NCBI GenBank assembly: GCA_963833225.1
Contig: CAWHXD010000008.1
Coordinates: 640,001-704,000, forward strand
Length of the DNA stretch: 64,000 nt
From: an uncultured Chloroflexia bacterium
GTDB taxonomy: Bacteria > Chloroflexota > Limnocylindria > Limnocylindrales > CSP1-4
Reading direction: 5' to 3'
Shown here one piece after another: positions 40,977-49,987 of the stretch (the stretch's first letter is position 1; every line of letters begins with the position of its first letter). A program made the translations under genes and the position numbers. Below the pieces are notes generated by a model that did no database searches, was not told where the DNA came from, and saw nothing but the letters and a program-made list of their open reading frames with translations.

Positions 40977-42318
40977 TGTCGTGGTCGTCGGGGCGGGCCT
41001 GGCCGGCCTCGTGGCGGCGGCGCGTCTCGCGGAGGCGGGAGCGACGGTCACGCTGGTGGCAAAGGGCCATGCCGGCACGCACTGGGGCAGCGGTGGCCTC
41101 GACGTGGCCGCGCCCGCGGGGGCCCGCACGCCCGCGGAGGGCGTGGCGCAGCTTGCCGAGCTGGCCGAGCCGGCGGACCCGAACGGACACCCGTACGCGT
41201 TCCTGGCCCCGGACGTGGAGCCTTCGATCGCGTGGCTCCTGGAGACGCTCGCACTGGCGGGCCTCCCGTATGCGGGGACACCCGCTTCCGCGATCCGGCG
41301 GGCCCCCACGGCGATCGGTGGCACGCGGCCGGTGGCGATCGTGCCCGCCGCGCAGGCCGGGGCACTGCGCCCGTGGGGCGCCGACGAGGTGCTGGTCGTG
41401 GCCGGCCTGGCCGGGTTCAAGGACTTCTGGCCGGCGGCGATGGCGGCCAGCCTCTCCCGGGCGACCGTGTGGGGCGGCGCCGATCGGCCGTCCGACGTGC
41501 GCGCGATCACGGTGGACCTCCCGGGGTTGGCGGGCCGCCACAACCGCAACGCCCCGCTCCTGGCCGCCCGGTTTGACGACCCGGATACGCGCCCCGATGA
41601 CGTCGAGCGGATCGCGGCCGAGGTGGGGCGGGCGGCGGGCGGGCGGCCAGGCCGGGTGGCGCTGCCGGCCGTCATGGGCCTGGCCCACCACGCGGATGTC
41701 TGGGCGGCGCTGACGGCCCGGCTGCCGCTCGAGCCGTTCGAGGTGCCGCTGGTCCCGCCCAGCGTGCCGGGAATGCGCCTCTGGCGCGCCCTCCGCGAGC
41801 ACATCCGCTCCCTGGGTGGGCACGTCCAGGTGGGGGACGCCGTCGCCCGCATCCACGTGTCGCACGGCAGCGTCACCGGGGTCGAGATGCACGCAGCGGC
41901 GCGGATGCACCTCGTCCGGGCCGGGGCCCTGGTGCTCGCCACGGGTGGGATCGCTGGAGGCGGGCTCGTGGCCCGGGCCGACGGCACGCTCGAGGAGCCG
42001 CTGTTGGGCCTCCGCGTGGTCGCGCCGGCGGTGGATGCGTGGCTCGCCCGAGACGGCCTCGATCCGGCCGGCCACCCGATCGACGGCGCCGGTGTCGTGG
42101 TCGACGCCCGGCTTCGACCGCTCGGCCCGGGCGGCCGGCCGGCGTTCGCGAACGTCGTGGTTGCCGGCGGGCTCCTCGCGGGCCAGCATGCCGTCCGCGA
42201 GCGGTGCGGCGACGGCGTCGCCGTCGCGTCGGGGTGGCGAGCGGCGGGCGAGCTGGCGGCGGGTGCAGCCGGCGTCCCCGCCGTCCACCAGCCCGTCTCC
42301 GGGAGGACACAGGCGTGA
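40963..42318 (+). CDS. glpB: Anaerobic glycerol-3-phosphate dehydrogenase subunit B
   Basis: VVGAGLAGL, PPSVPGMRL, LATGGIAGGGL; lies between glpA and glpC. Confidence 0.88.
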   Translation: MPHADVVVVGAGLAGLVAAARLAEAGATVTLVAKGHAGTHWGSGGLDVAAPAGARTPAEGVAQLAELAEPADPNGHPYAFLAPDVEPSIAWLLETLALAGLPYAGTPASAIRRAPTAIGGTRPVAIVPAAQAGALRPWGADEVLVVAGLAGFKDFWPAAMAASLSRATVWGGADRPSDVRAITVDLPGLAGRHNRNAPLLAARFDDPDTRPDDVERIAAEVGRAAGGRPGRVALPAVMGLAHHADVWAALTARLPLEPFEVPLVPPSVPGMRLWRALREHIRSLGGHVQVGDAVARIHVSHGSVTGVEMHAAARMHLVRAGALVLATGGIAGGGLVARADGTLEEPLLGLRVVAPAVDAWLARDGLDPAGHPIDGAGVVVDARLRPLGPGGRPAFANVVVAGGLLAGQHAVRERCGDGVAVASGWRAAGELAAGAAGVPAVHQPVSGRTQA

Positions 42319-43685
42319 GCATCGCCGACCTCGTCCGCGAGGCCGCCGCGGACCCTCGTGTCTCCGCCTCGGCCGACGAGTGCCTCAAGTGCAACGTGTG
42401 CAACACCGTGTGCCCGGTGATGCGCGTGACGGACCTGTTCCCGGGACCCAAGTACTCGGGCCCCCAGGCCCAGCGGTTCCGGCTCGCCGGCCTCCAGCAG
42501 GTCCAGGGCGAGGGCTCGACCAACCCCCGCTCGCCCGACCACTCGGTCGACTACTGCTCGGGCTGCGGCTGGTGCACGTCGGCGTGCCCGGCCGGCGTCA
42601 AGGTCGCGGAGATGAACAGCCAGGCGCGCGCACGGCTGCGCGAGGGCCGGCGGCCCAAGCTGCGCGACTGGGTCCTCGGCCAGACCGACCTCACCGGATC
42701 CCTCGGCGTCGCGTTCTCCCCGATCGCGAATGTCGCGATGCGGAGCCGCGTCGTCCGAACCGCGATGGAGGTCGCCATCGGCGTCCACCGGCGGGCGCCG
42801 GTGCCGCCGTTCGCGCGGCGGACGTTCCGCTCCTCCTGGCAGAGGCGTGGTGCCGGTCATGGCGTCGAGCCCACGAACCTGCCCGGGCCTGACCGTGCCG
42901 TCGTGTACTTCCACGGCTGCTCGGCCAACTACTACGAGCCGCACGTGGCGGAGGCGGCCATCGCCGTCCTGGCCCGCAACGGCTTCGAGACCATCGTCCC
43001 GGCGCAGGTGTGCTGCGGGCTGCCGCTGATCAGCAACGGCCTGTATCGCGAGGCCCGTGACCGGGCCCGGACCAACACCCGGGTCCTGGCGGACTACGCC
43101 CGCAGGGGCTACCGGATCGTCGGCACTTCCACGTCCTGCACGCACACGCTCAAGGCGGAGTACGAGGAGATGCTCGACCTGCACGACGAGGACACGCTCG
43201 CCGTGGCGAACGCGACCTGGGACATCTGCGAGTTCCTGCTCGACCTCCACGAGGCCGGCCGGCTGGACACGGGGTTTGGACGGCTCGACGCCGATCTCCC
43301 CTACCACGCTCCCTGCCAGCTGCGGAGCCACGGGATCGGGCTGCCGGCGCTGGACCTGTTCGCGCTGGTTCCAGGCCTCCGGGCCCACGACATGGACCAC
43401 GACTGCTGCGGCATCGCCGGCACCTACGGGCTCAAGCGAGAGAAGTACGAGATCGCGATGCGCGTCGGGGCGCCGCTGTTCGAGAAGGTCAGGGCGTCGG
43501 GGGCCGCGACCGCGGCCTGCGACTCCGAGACCTGCCGCTGGCAGATCGAGACGGCGACCGGCGTGCGGACGCGCCATCCCGTGGAGATCCTGCTCGACGC
43601 CTATCGGGCCGCGGACCGCGCCAATGCCGGCGAGGGCGACCCCTCGGCGATCCCCGCCTCCCCCAGCCGAGACCCATCGCGATGA
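42315..43685 (+). CDS. glpC: Anaerobic glycerol-3-phosphate dehydrogenase subunit C
   Basis: CLKCNVCNTVCP, FPGPK, CSGCGWCTSACP, two CCG domains. Confidence 0.92.
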   Translation: MSIADLVREAAADPRVSASADECLKCNVCNTVCPVMRVTDLFPGPKYSGPQAQRFRLAGLQQVQGEGSTNPRSPDHSVDYCSGCGWCTSACPAGVKVAEMNSQARARLREGRRPKLRDWVLGQTDLTGSLGVAFSPIANVAMRSRVVRTAMEVAIGVHRRAPVPPFARRTFRSSWQRRGAGHGVEPTNLPGPDRAVVYFHGCSANYYEPHVAEAAIAVLARNGFETIVPAQVCCGLPLISNGLYREARDRARTNTRVLADYARRGYRIVGTSTSCTHTLKAEYEEMLDLHDEDTLAVANATWDICEFLLDLHEAGRLDTGFGRLDADLPYHAPCQLRSHGIGLPALDLFALVPGLRAHDMDHDCCGIAGTYGLKREKYEIAMRVGAPLFEKVRASGAATAACDSETCRWQIETATGVRTRHPVEILLDAYRAADRANAGEGDPSAIPASPSRDPSR

Positions 43686-44752
43686 GCCTGCCCCAGCCGC
43701 CCCCGCTGCCCCGGGTGCTCGTGATCGGCTCGGGTGCGGTGGGCTCGTTCCTCGGCGGCACGCTCGCGGCCGCCGGTCACGAGGTCGTGCTCCTGGACCG
43801 GCGCGTGCTCGGCGGCGACGACGCCACGCGGTTGCGGATCGAGGGGCCCGGCGGCTCCGAAACCGTGCCGGTGCGGCGGGTCGTGGACCCGGCCGACGCC
43901 GCCGAGCCGGGGCTGATCCTCGTGGCCGTCAAGGTGTTCCACGTCGATGGGGCGCTGGAGACCGCCGCGCGCTGGCCGGATGTCCCGCTGATGACCGTCC
44001 AGAACGGCGTGGGTGCCGAGGAGCAGGCGCGCGCCGCGCGCCGCTCGCCACTGCTGGCGGCCTCGCTGACGACGGCCGTCGAACCGCTCGTCGATGGGGT
44101 GCGGCGGACGCGCACGGGCGGCGTGGGGGTGGCCGTCATCGATGGCGATGGCGCGGCGGCGGCGGCTCCGGTGGCCGAGCTCGTTGCGGCTTCCTGGGCC
44201 CGCGCCGGGCTGCCGTCGCGCATCTACGAGCGCTTCGCGGCGATGAAGTGGTCCAAGCTCCTGGGCAACCTGGTCGGCAACGCGACGAGCGCGATCCTGG
44301 ACATGGACCCGGGCGACATCTACGCGGACCGTCGGACGTATCCCATCGAGCGCGACCAGCTCCACGAGGCCGTCGCCGTGATGCGGGCCCTGGGCCTGCG
44401 CCCCGTCTCGCTTCCCGGCGCGGACGTGTCGCTCCTGCTGCGCGGCCTCGCGCTGCCGGTCGCCATCGGCCGCCCGATCGTCTCGCGAGCCATCGCCGGT
44501 GCCCGTGGCGGCAAGTCGCCGTCGCTCCGCCTCCACGTCCGGCGTGACGGGGCGGGTCTCCCCACCGAGGCGCGCTGGCTCAACGGGGCCGTGGCCGGCG
44601 GCGGCGTGCGCGTGGGCGTGGCCGCCCCGGTCAACGCGGGCCTCGCCGCGCTGGTGGACGAGGTGGCTGCCGACGCCGGGCGCGCGGCCTGGTTCGCCCG
44701 CCGCCCGGACCGGCTGGTGACGGCGCTCGAGGCGTGGCGCCTTCGTCCGTAG
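43682..44752 (+). CDS. panE: Ketopantoate reductase family protein
   Basis: IGSGAVGS, LVAVK, TVQNGVG, KWSKLLGN, PSL..EARWLNGAV. Confidence 0.8.
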   Translation: MSLPQPPPLPRVLVIGSGAVGSFLGGTLAAAGHEVVLLDRRVLGGDDATRLRIEGPGGSETVPVRRVVDPADAAEPGLILVAVKVFHVDGALETAARWPDVPLMTVQNGVGAEEQARAARRSPLLAASLTTAVEPLVDGVRRTRTGGVGVAVIDGDGAAAAAPVAELVAASWARAGLPSRIYERFAAMKWSKLLGNLVGNATSAILDMDPGDIYADRRTYPIERDQLHEAVAVMRALGLRPVSLPGADVSLLLRGLALPVAIGRPIVSRAIAGARGGKSPSLRLHVRRDGAGLPTEARWLNGAVAGGGVRVGVAAPVNAGLAALVDEVAADAGRAAWFARRPDRLVTALEAWRLRP

Positions 44753-44783
44753 CGCCGGACCGCGGGCTCTATACTCGGGCCCC

Positions 44784-45413
44784 GTGGAACCCTTCCAGCT
44801 CCTGCGCGCCGCCGTGCTGATCGCCGCCGGCTACGGCATCGGCGGCGTCCCGTGGGGCGTCATCGTCGCGAGGATCGCCGGGGGTCCTGATCCCCGGACC
44901 ATCGGGAGTGGGCGGACGGGCGGCGCGAACACGATGCGTGCCCTGGGACCCCAGCTCGCCCTCGTCGCCGGCCTGCTCGACATGCTCAAGGGAACCGCCG
45001 CCATCCTGCTCGTCCGCGCGCTGGGGGCCGGCGTGGAGGTCGAGGTGCTCGCGGGCCTGGCCGCGATCGTCGGCCACAGCCGGTCGCCATTCCTCGGGTT
45101 TGGTGGCGGGCGGGGCGTCGCACCCGCGTTCGGTGGCCTGCTGGCGTTCCAGCCCCTGGTGGCGCTCGCGGTCCTGCCGGTGTTCGGCGGCGTGATCGCG
45201 ATCACCCGCTACTCCTCACTCGGATCGCTGACGGGGTCGGCGTTCGGGGGGATCCTGCTGGCGTTCCTGACCGCGACGATCCCGCTCGACCCGTGGCTGT
45301 ACCTGTTCTCGCTCGGTGCCGCCGTTCTCGTCTGGCTGTTCCACTGGGACAACATCGGGCGGCTGCTGCGCGGACAGGAGCGCAAGGTCGGGGCTCCGCC
45401 TCCCGAGGGCTGA
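44784..45413 (+). CDS. plsY: Glycerol-3-phosphate acyltransferase PlsY
   Basis: GSGRTGGANTMR, DMLKG, GHS..GGGRGVA, HWDNIGRL. Confidence 0.88.
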   Translation: MEPFQLLRAAVLIAAGYGIGGVPWGVIVARIAGGPDPRTIGSGRTGGANTMRALGPQLALVAGLLDMLKGTAAILLVRALGAGVEVEVLAGLAAIVGHSRSPFLGFGGGRGVAPAFGGLLAFQPLVALAVLPVFGGVIAITRYSSLGSLTGSAFGGILLAFLTATIPLDPWLYLFSLGAAVLVWLFHWDNIGRLLRGQERKVGAPPPEG

Positions 45414-45450
45414 GCGGCGAGCTCACTGCCGCGTCGAGCGTGGTCGCAGG

Positions 45451-45629
45451 CGTCACGACTTGACGCTCCGTCACGTTGCCGGGCCTCAAGCGCCACTCGG
45501 TCCCCGCCACGGGCGGTCCGACAGCCTCCTGGGCCCAGTCTCTTGACTCCGCGTCGCGATCCTGGCGCGAGGCGAGGCGCCGCAACGGCTTCGGCCCCGA
45601 ACGCGTGACGCTCAGTCAGGTTCGGGACG
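45451..45629. repeat. Degenerate inverted-repeat (REP-like) element between convergent genes
   Basis: CGTCACGACTTGACGCTCCGTCACG pairs imperfectly with CGTGACGCTCAGTCAGGTTCGGGACG. Confidence 0.35.
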
Positions 45630-45705
45630 GGGAGCCGGGCAACCGCGAGCGCCCCCACGGTGGCCGCCCCGACGGCCAGCGCGAACCGCCCCGGGACACG
45701 CATCC

Positions 45706-46125
45706 TCAGAACGCCCGGCCGCGGGTGGGCCGGATCCGGATCGGGACGTTGTAGACGGTCATGAACTCCTCGGGCGTCGAGAAGTCGTCGCGGATCAAGT
45801 CCCCGTACTTCGCGAGGTAGGCGGCGTTGTCCCCGGGCGCCGGCGCGGTGTCGTCGATCCGGGCCTCACCCTCGACGATCACGATGTCGCCACCGCGGCC
45901 GTTGTCGTTGAGGTGCAGGGTCACCCGCGGGTTGGCGGCGATGTTGCCGTTCCGCTTTGCCCGGCGGTCGCTGTAGATCAGGGCTTCCCCGGCGTCCCAC
46001 AGGAACCAGATGGGGAAGGTCTGCGGCTGGCCTTCGGGCGTGATGGTGGTCAGCCAGCCGATCACGTCCGTTCCCAGGCGCTCGAGCGCGTGGCGGTCGG
46101 CGTCGGACCCGGTATCGAACACCAT
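45706..46125 (-). CDS. PPOX-class, probably F420-dependent, oxidoreductase
   Basis: WLTTITPEGQPQTFPIWF, KRNGNIAANPRVTLHL, YLAKY. Confidence 0.85.
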   Translation of the reverse strand: MVFDTGSDADRHALERLGTDVIGWLTTITPEGQPQTFPIWFLWDAGEALIYSDRRAKRNGNIAANPRVTLHLNDNGRGGDIVIVEGEARIDDTAPAPGDNAAYLAKYGDLIRDDFSTPEEFMTVYNVPIRIRPTRGRAF

Positions 46126-46147
46126 GGGTGCGTCCTCCGTGTGACTG

Positions 46148-46933
46148 CTAGATGGCGGCCGGCCGGGTGGCCGGTCGGGAGCGGACATCGTCAAGGAATG
46201 CGAGCGATCGCGGGTCGCGCTCGAGGGCGACCCGCATGAAGTCGCGCATCGATGCCTCGACCTCACGCTCCGTCACCTCCGAGAGCCGCAGGCCGGCGAT
46301 GGCCTCGACATCGAGACGCTGATAGGCCTTGAGCAGCTTGAGGGCCTCGAGCGTCAGGCGGGCCCGGTCGGCCGGTGGTCCGGGGCAGCGGCTGCAGACC
46401 ACGCCCCCCAGCGGCGGCACCCAGCGGAACGCCTCGGACGCCTCGAGCATCCGATCGCACTCCACGCACCGGTCCACCTCCGGGCGCTGGCCCAGCTCGT
46501 CGGCGAGGTGCATCTCGTACCAGCGGGCGACCCGCCCCGGCGCCATGCCCGCGTCGAGCAGCTCGTAGGCACGGTGGAGCAGCGCGTACAGCGCCTGGGC
46601 CTCGTGGCGCTCCTCGAGGCTCCGGTCGGCGAGCTCGGCGAGGTACCATGCCGTGGCGGCGCTCTCGAGGTTGTCCCGCAGGCCCAGCCAGGCGTGTCCC
46701 ACGCGGACCTCCGTGACCACGTCGAACGTTCGACCTCGCGCCAGGCCGACCGTCAGCTCCGCAAACGGCTCCAGCGAGCCGCCGAGGCGCGAGGTCGGGC
46801 GCCGGATGCCCTTGGCGATGGCCTTGAGCTTGCCGTGCTCGGGCGTGATGAGCGTCAGGACCCGGTCTGCCTCGCCCAGGTCAAACCGGGAGAGGACGAT
46901 CGCATCGGTGACGTAGCGGCGCGGGGCGGGCAC
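46148..46933 (-). CDS. recO: DNA repair protein RecO
   Basis: GEADRVLTLIT..GKLKAIAKGIRRPTSRLGGSLEPF; CVEC..GGVVCSRC. Confidence 0.95.
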   Translation of the reverse strand: MPAPRRYVTDAIVLSRFDLGEADRVLTLITPEHGKLKAIAKGIRRPTSRLGGSLEPFAELTVGLARGRTFDVVTEVRVGHAWLGLRDNLESAATAWYLAELADRSLEERHEAQALYALLHRAYELLDAGMAPGRVARWYEMHLADELGQRPEVDRCVECDRMLEASEAFRWVPPLGGVVCSRCPGPPADRARLTLEALKLLKAYQRLDVEAIAGLRLSEVTEREVEASMRDFMRVALERDPRSLAFLDDVRSRPATRPAAI

Positions 46934-46980
46934 GCACCCACGCTAGCACTCCGGGGGCCGGCCGTCGCCCGCGCGGGCTG

Positions 46981-47709
46981 TCAGGAGGTCGCGGCCGGCT
47001 CCGCCTCGCGCGCCAGTCGGACAGCCTCGTGGGCGCCATCGGCGAACGCGTCACCATGCCCCGGCAGGACCAGGGACGCCTCGATCCGCTCGAGCCTGTC
47101 GAGCGAGGCGAGGGCGGCAGGGCGATCGGCACAGAACGGGGCGAGCCTTGGACCCCGCTCCCCCGTCGTCACGGCGTGCGTTGCCAGCGCATCGCCGACG
47201 AACAGCGCGTCGTGCCCGCGGAGATGGAGGGCCGCGCTGCCGGGCGTGTGGCCCGGGACGGCAATGACCTGCGGCGAGCCCGGCAGGTCCAGGGTCGTGC
47301 CGTCGCCGAAGGTGGACACCTCGGTGAGGGCCGGCACGCGCAGGAGCCCGTGGCGAGCCGCCCACCACAGGAACGAGAGCACCGGTCCAATCCGGGTTGC
47401 CCCGTTCTGGGCGGGGTTCGGGACCTCCTGGCGCGCGAGCGCGGCGTCCGCCTCGTGGACCAGGACCCGCCAGCCGCGCTCGCGCCGAGCACGTTCAGCG
47501 TAGCCCACGTGATCCGAGTGTCCGTGCGTCAGGACGATCCCGCGGACATCCTCGGGCGAACGGCCCATGGCGGCCAGCTCCGCCGGTACCCGCCCCCAGA
47601 GCCCGGGGGCGCCGGCATCGATGATCGTGACCTCTCCCCCGTCGTCCACGAGGTACGAGTTGACGATGCTGTCCGGACCCACCCGGTGGATCCGCGGTGC
47701 GATCCGCAT
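46981..47709 (-). CDS. MBL-fold metallo-hydrolase
   Basis: THGHSDHVG, PGHTPG, GDAL, PGHG. Confidence 0.9.
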   Translation of the reverse strand: MRIAPRIHRVGPDSIVNSYLVDDGGEVTIIDAGAPGLWGRVPAELAAMGRSPEDVRGIVLTHGHSDHVGYAERARRERGWRVLVHEADAALARQEVPNPAQNGATRIGPVLSFLWWAARHGLLRVPALTEVSTFGDGTTLDLPGSPQVIAVPGHTPGSAALHLRGHDALFVGDALATHAVTTGERGPRLAPFCADRPAALASLDRLERIEASLVLPGHGDAFADGAHEAVRLAREAEPAATS

Positions 47710-47757
47710 CAAGTTCCTCCTGTGCCAGGCGGCCATTGTTCCGTATCGGCGGCCCGG

Positions 47758-48174
47758 TCAGGCACTCCGGCCCGCGAGACGGGCCGCCACCGCGGTGCCC
47801 GGGCCAAGGGTGATCAGCAGCACCTGGTCGACCATGACGACCGTGGCGAAAGCCCCGGCCGGCACGGGCTGGCCCGCGAGCGCGAGCGCGCCGGCGACCC
47901 CCAGCAGGAGCCCGGTGCCGATGAGCTCGCGAGCACGGAGCGGCAGCGGGTTGTCCGCCTTGGGGGCGACGCCAGGCCCCGACGCGGCGACGACGGATGG
48001 CGCCGGGGAGGCTGGGGCGACGACCAGGCCCCACGCGACGACCAGCACGATCGGCGCCGCGACCGCGAGGACGGCGCGAGCCGGGCCATCGACCGGGGCG
48101 GTGGCGCCCAGCCAGGCAACCGCGCCGACGCCGGCCAGCTCCAGCATGAAGCGCGTCGCGAGGGTGATCATCAT
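47758..48174 (-). CDS. YrdB/DUF2568-like membrane protein
   Basis: RFMLEL..WG..APKA..RELI hydrophobic pattern. Confidence 0.65.
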   Translation of the reverse strand: MMITLATRFMLELAGVGAVAWLGATAPVDGPARAVLAVAAPIVLVVAWGLVVAPASPAPSVVAASGPGVAPKADNPLPLRARELIGTGLLLGVAGALALAGQPVPAGAFATVVMVDQVLLITLGPGTAVAARLAGRSA

Positions 48175-48228
48175 GTCCAGGGTCCTCCCTTGCCGTCGTT
48201 GCGGCCGTGCGGTACGATCCGTGATGTA

Positions 48229-48269
48229 GGCTACTGTACATAGCCATCATCGCTACTGTCAATAGCCAT
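48229..48269. promoter_or_regulatory. Tandem TetR operators
   Basis: GCTACTGTACATAGCCAT (48230-48247) and GCTACTGTCAATAGCCAT (48252-48269), each with a GCTA-N7-TAGC palindrome. Confidence 0.7.
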
Positions 48270-48294
48270 AGCTCGACCGAACCGGAGGCCTGCC

Positions 48295-48915
48295 GTGCCC
48301 ACTCCGCCGCGCACCTCGCTCGAGGAGATCGTCGAGGCGGGCCGTGCCATCCTTGACACCGACGGCCTCGATGCCCTGACCATGCACGGCGTGGCCGCCG
48401 TCGTCGGCGTCCGGGCCCCGTCGCTCTACAAGCGGGTGCGCGACCGCGACGCGCTGGTCCGGCTGATCGCGGCGGATGTCCTCGGGGACCTCGGCGCGAC
48501 GCTGTCGGGCGCCGTCACGGGCCGTGATCCCCTTGCCGACCTGCAGGCCATCGCGATCGTCTTCCGGGCCTGGGCACACCAGCACCCGGGGGGCTTCGGG
48601 CTCCTGTTCTCGCGCCTGCCCGACGCATGGCGGCTCGAGCCCGACGCCGGGAGCGGTGCCCTCGATGCCCTGTTCGCGACCATCGCCGGGCTGGCCGAAC
48701 CCGATGACGTGCTCGACGCCTCGCGAACGGTCGTCGCCTGGGCGGCAGGGTTCGTGGGCATGGAGCTCTCCGGCGCGTTCCGCCTGGGCGGCGACGTGGA
48801 CGCCGCGTTCGTCTACGGCGTCGGGCGCCTTGGCGAGGCGATCGCGTCCACCGGCCATGCAGCATCATCCGCAGCCGCGGCGCGCCAACAGGCTACTTTT
48901 GGCGGACACGTTTAG
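48295..48915 (+). CDS. TetR/AcrR-family regulator
   Basis: IVEAGRAIL..GLDALTMHGVAAVVGVRAPSLYKRV. Confidence 0.9.
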   Translation: MPTPPRTSLEEIVEAGRAILDTDGLDALTMHGVAAVVGVRAPSLYKRVRDRDALVRLIAADVLGDLGATLSGAVTGRDPLADLQAIAIVFRAWAHQHPGGFGLLFSRLPDAWRLEPDAGSGALDALFATIAGLAEPDDVLDASRTVVAWAAGFVGMELSGAFRLGGDVDAAFVYGVGRLGEAIASTGHAASSAAAARQQATFGGHV

Positions 48916-48943
48916 CCCGAATTGGGCTACACTCGACGGCACC

Positions 48944-49967
48944 ATGACCGTCAGCAACGACATCGACCTGGACCTGCTCCTCGCCGACACGGAGGCCGAG
49001 ATCCTCCGGGTGGTCAGCCACGGCGACGCATCCACCGCCGGTGTCTACGAGATGATCCGCTATCACCTCGGGCTGGACGGATCGCACGGTCCACGCGGCA
49101 AGCGGATGCGCCCGCTCCTGGGGCTGCTCGCCTACGCCTCCATCGCCGGCGACCACGCGCGTGCCCTCCCCGGCGCCGCGGCCGTGGAGCTGGGCCACAA
49201 CTTCAGCCTCGTCCACGACGACATCGAGGACGGCGACGTGGAGCGCCGCCACCGCGCGACCCTGTGGGCGCTCCACGGGGTCCCGCAGGCGATCAACACC
49301 GGCGACCTCATCTTCAGCCTCAGCCGGGTGGCGCTGCACCGCCTGACGGACCTGGGCTTCAGCGATGCGAAGGTCCTGCGCCTGATGCGCCTCTACGACG
49401 AGACGTGCGTGATGCTGTGCGAGGGCCAGTACATCGACATCGCCACGTCCGCGTCCGATGAGCCGATGACCGTCGAGCTGTACTACGACATGATCGGGCG
49501 CAAGACCGCGGCCCTGATCAGCGCCTCGATCGAGGCCGGTGCGCTGCTCGCGACCGACGACGAGGCCGTGATCGCCGGCTACCGGCGCTTCGGCTGGTCG
49601 CTTGGGCTCGCCTTCCAGCTCAACGACGACCTGCTCGGCATCTGGGGCCTGGAGCAGAAGACCGGCAAGGTGCCGACGGACGTCGCGCGCCACAAGAAGA
49701 CGCTGCCGGTCCTGTACGCGTTCGAGCACGCCACGCCGGCGGATCGCGAGCGGCTGGCGAACCTGTACGCTGAAGACCGCCCCGACCGACGCGGAGATCG
49801 CCGAGACGGTGGCCATCCTCGAGCGTGCCGGCGCCGCGGACTTCACCCGGGCGGAGGCCGGGCGCCATCGAGATGCCTGCATCGCCGAGCTCGAGGCGCT
49901 CACGATCGTGGATCCTGCCGCACGCGAGAAGCTGCGCGCGATCATCGTGTCGGTGATCAGCGCCTAG
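48944..49967 (+). CDS. Polyprenyl (GGPP-type) synthetase; frameshift near 49780
   Basis: GKRMRP, HNFSLVHDDIEDGD..RR, EGQYID, KTA, FQLNDDLLG, KKTLP. Confidence 0.9.
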
Positions 49968-49987
49968 CGGAGTCTCCGCGGGGAGCG

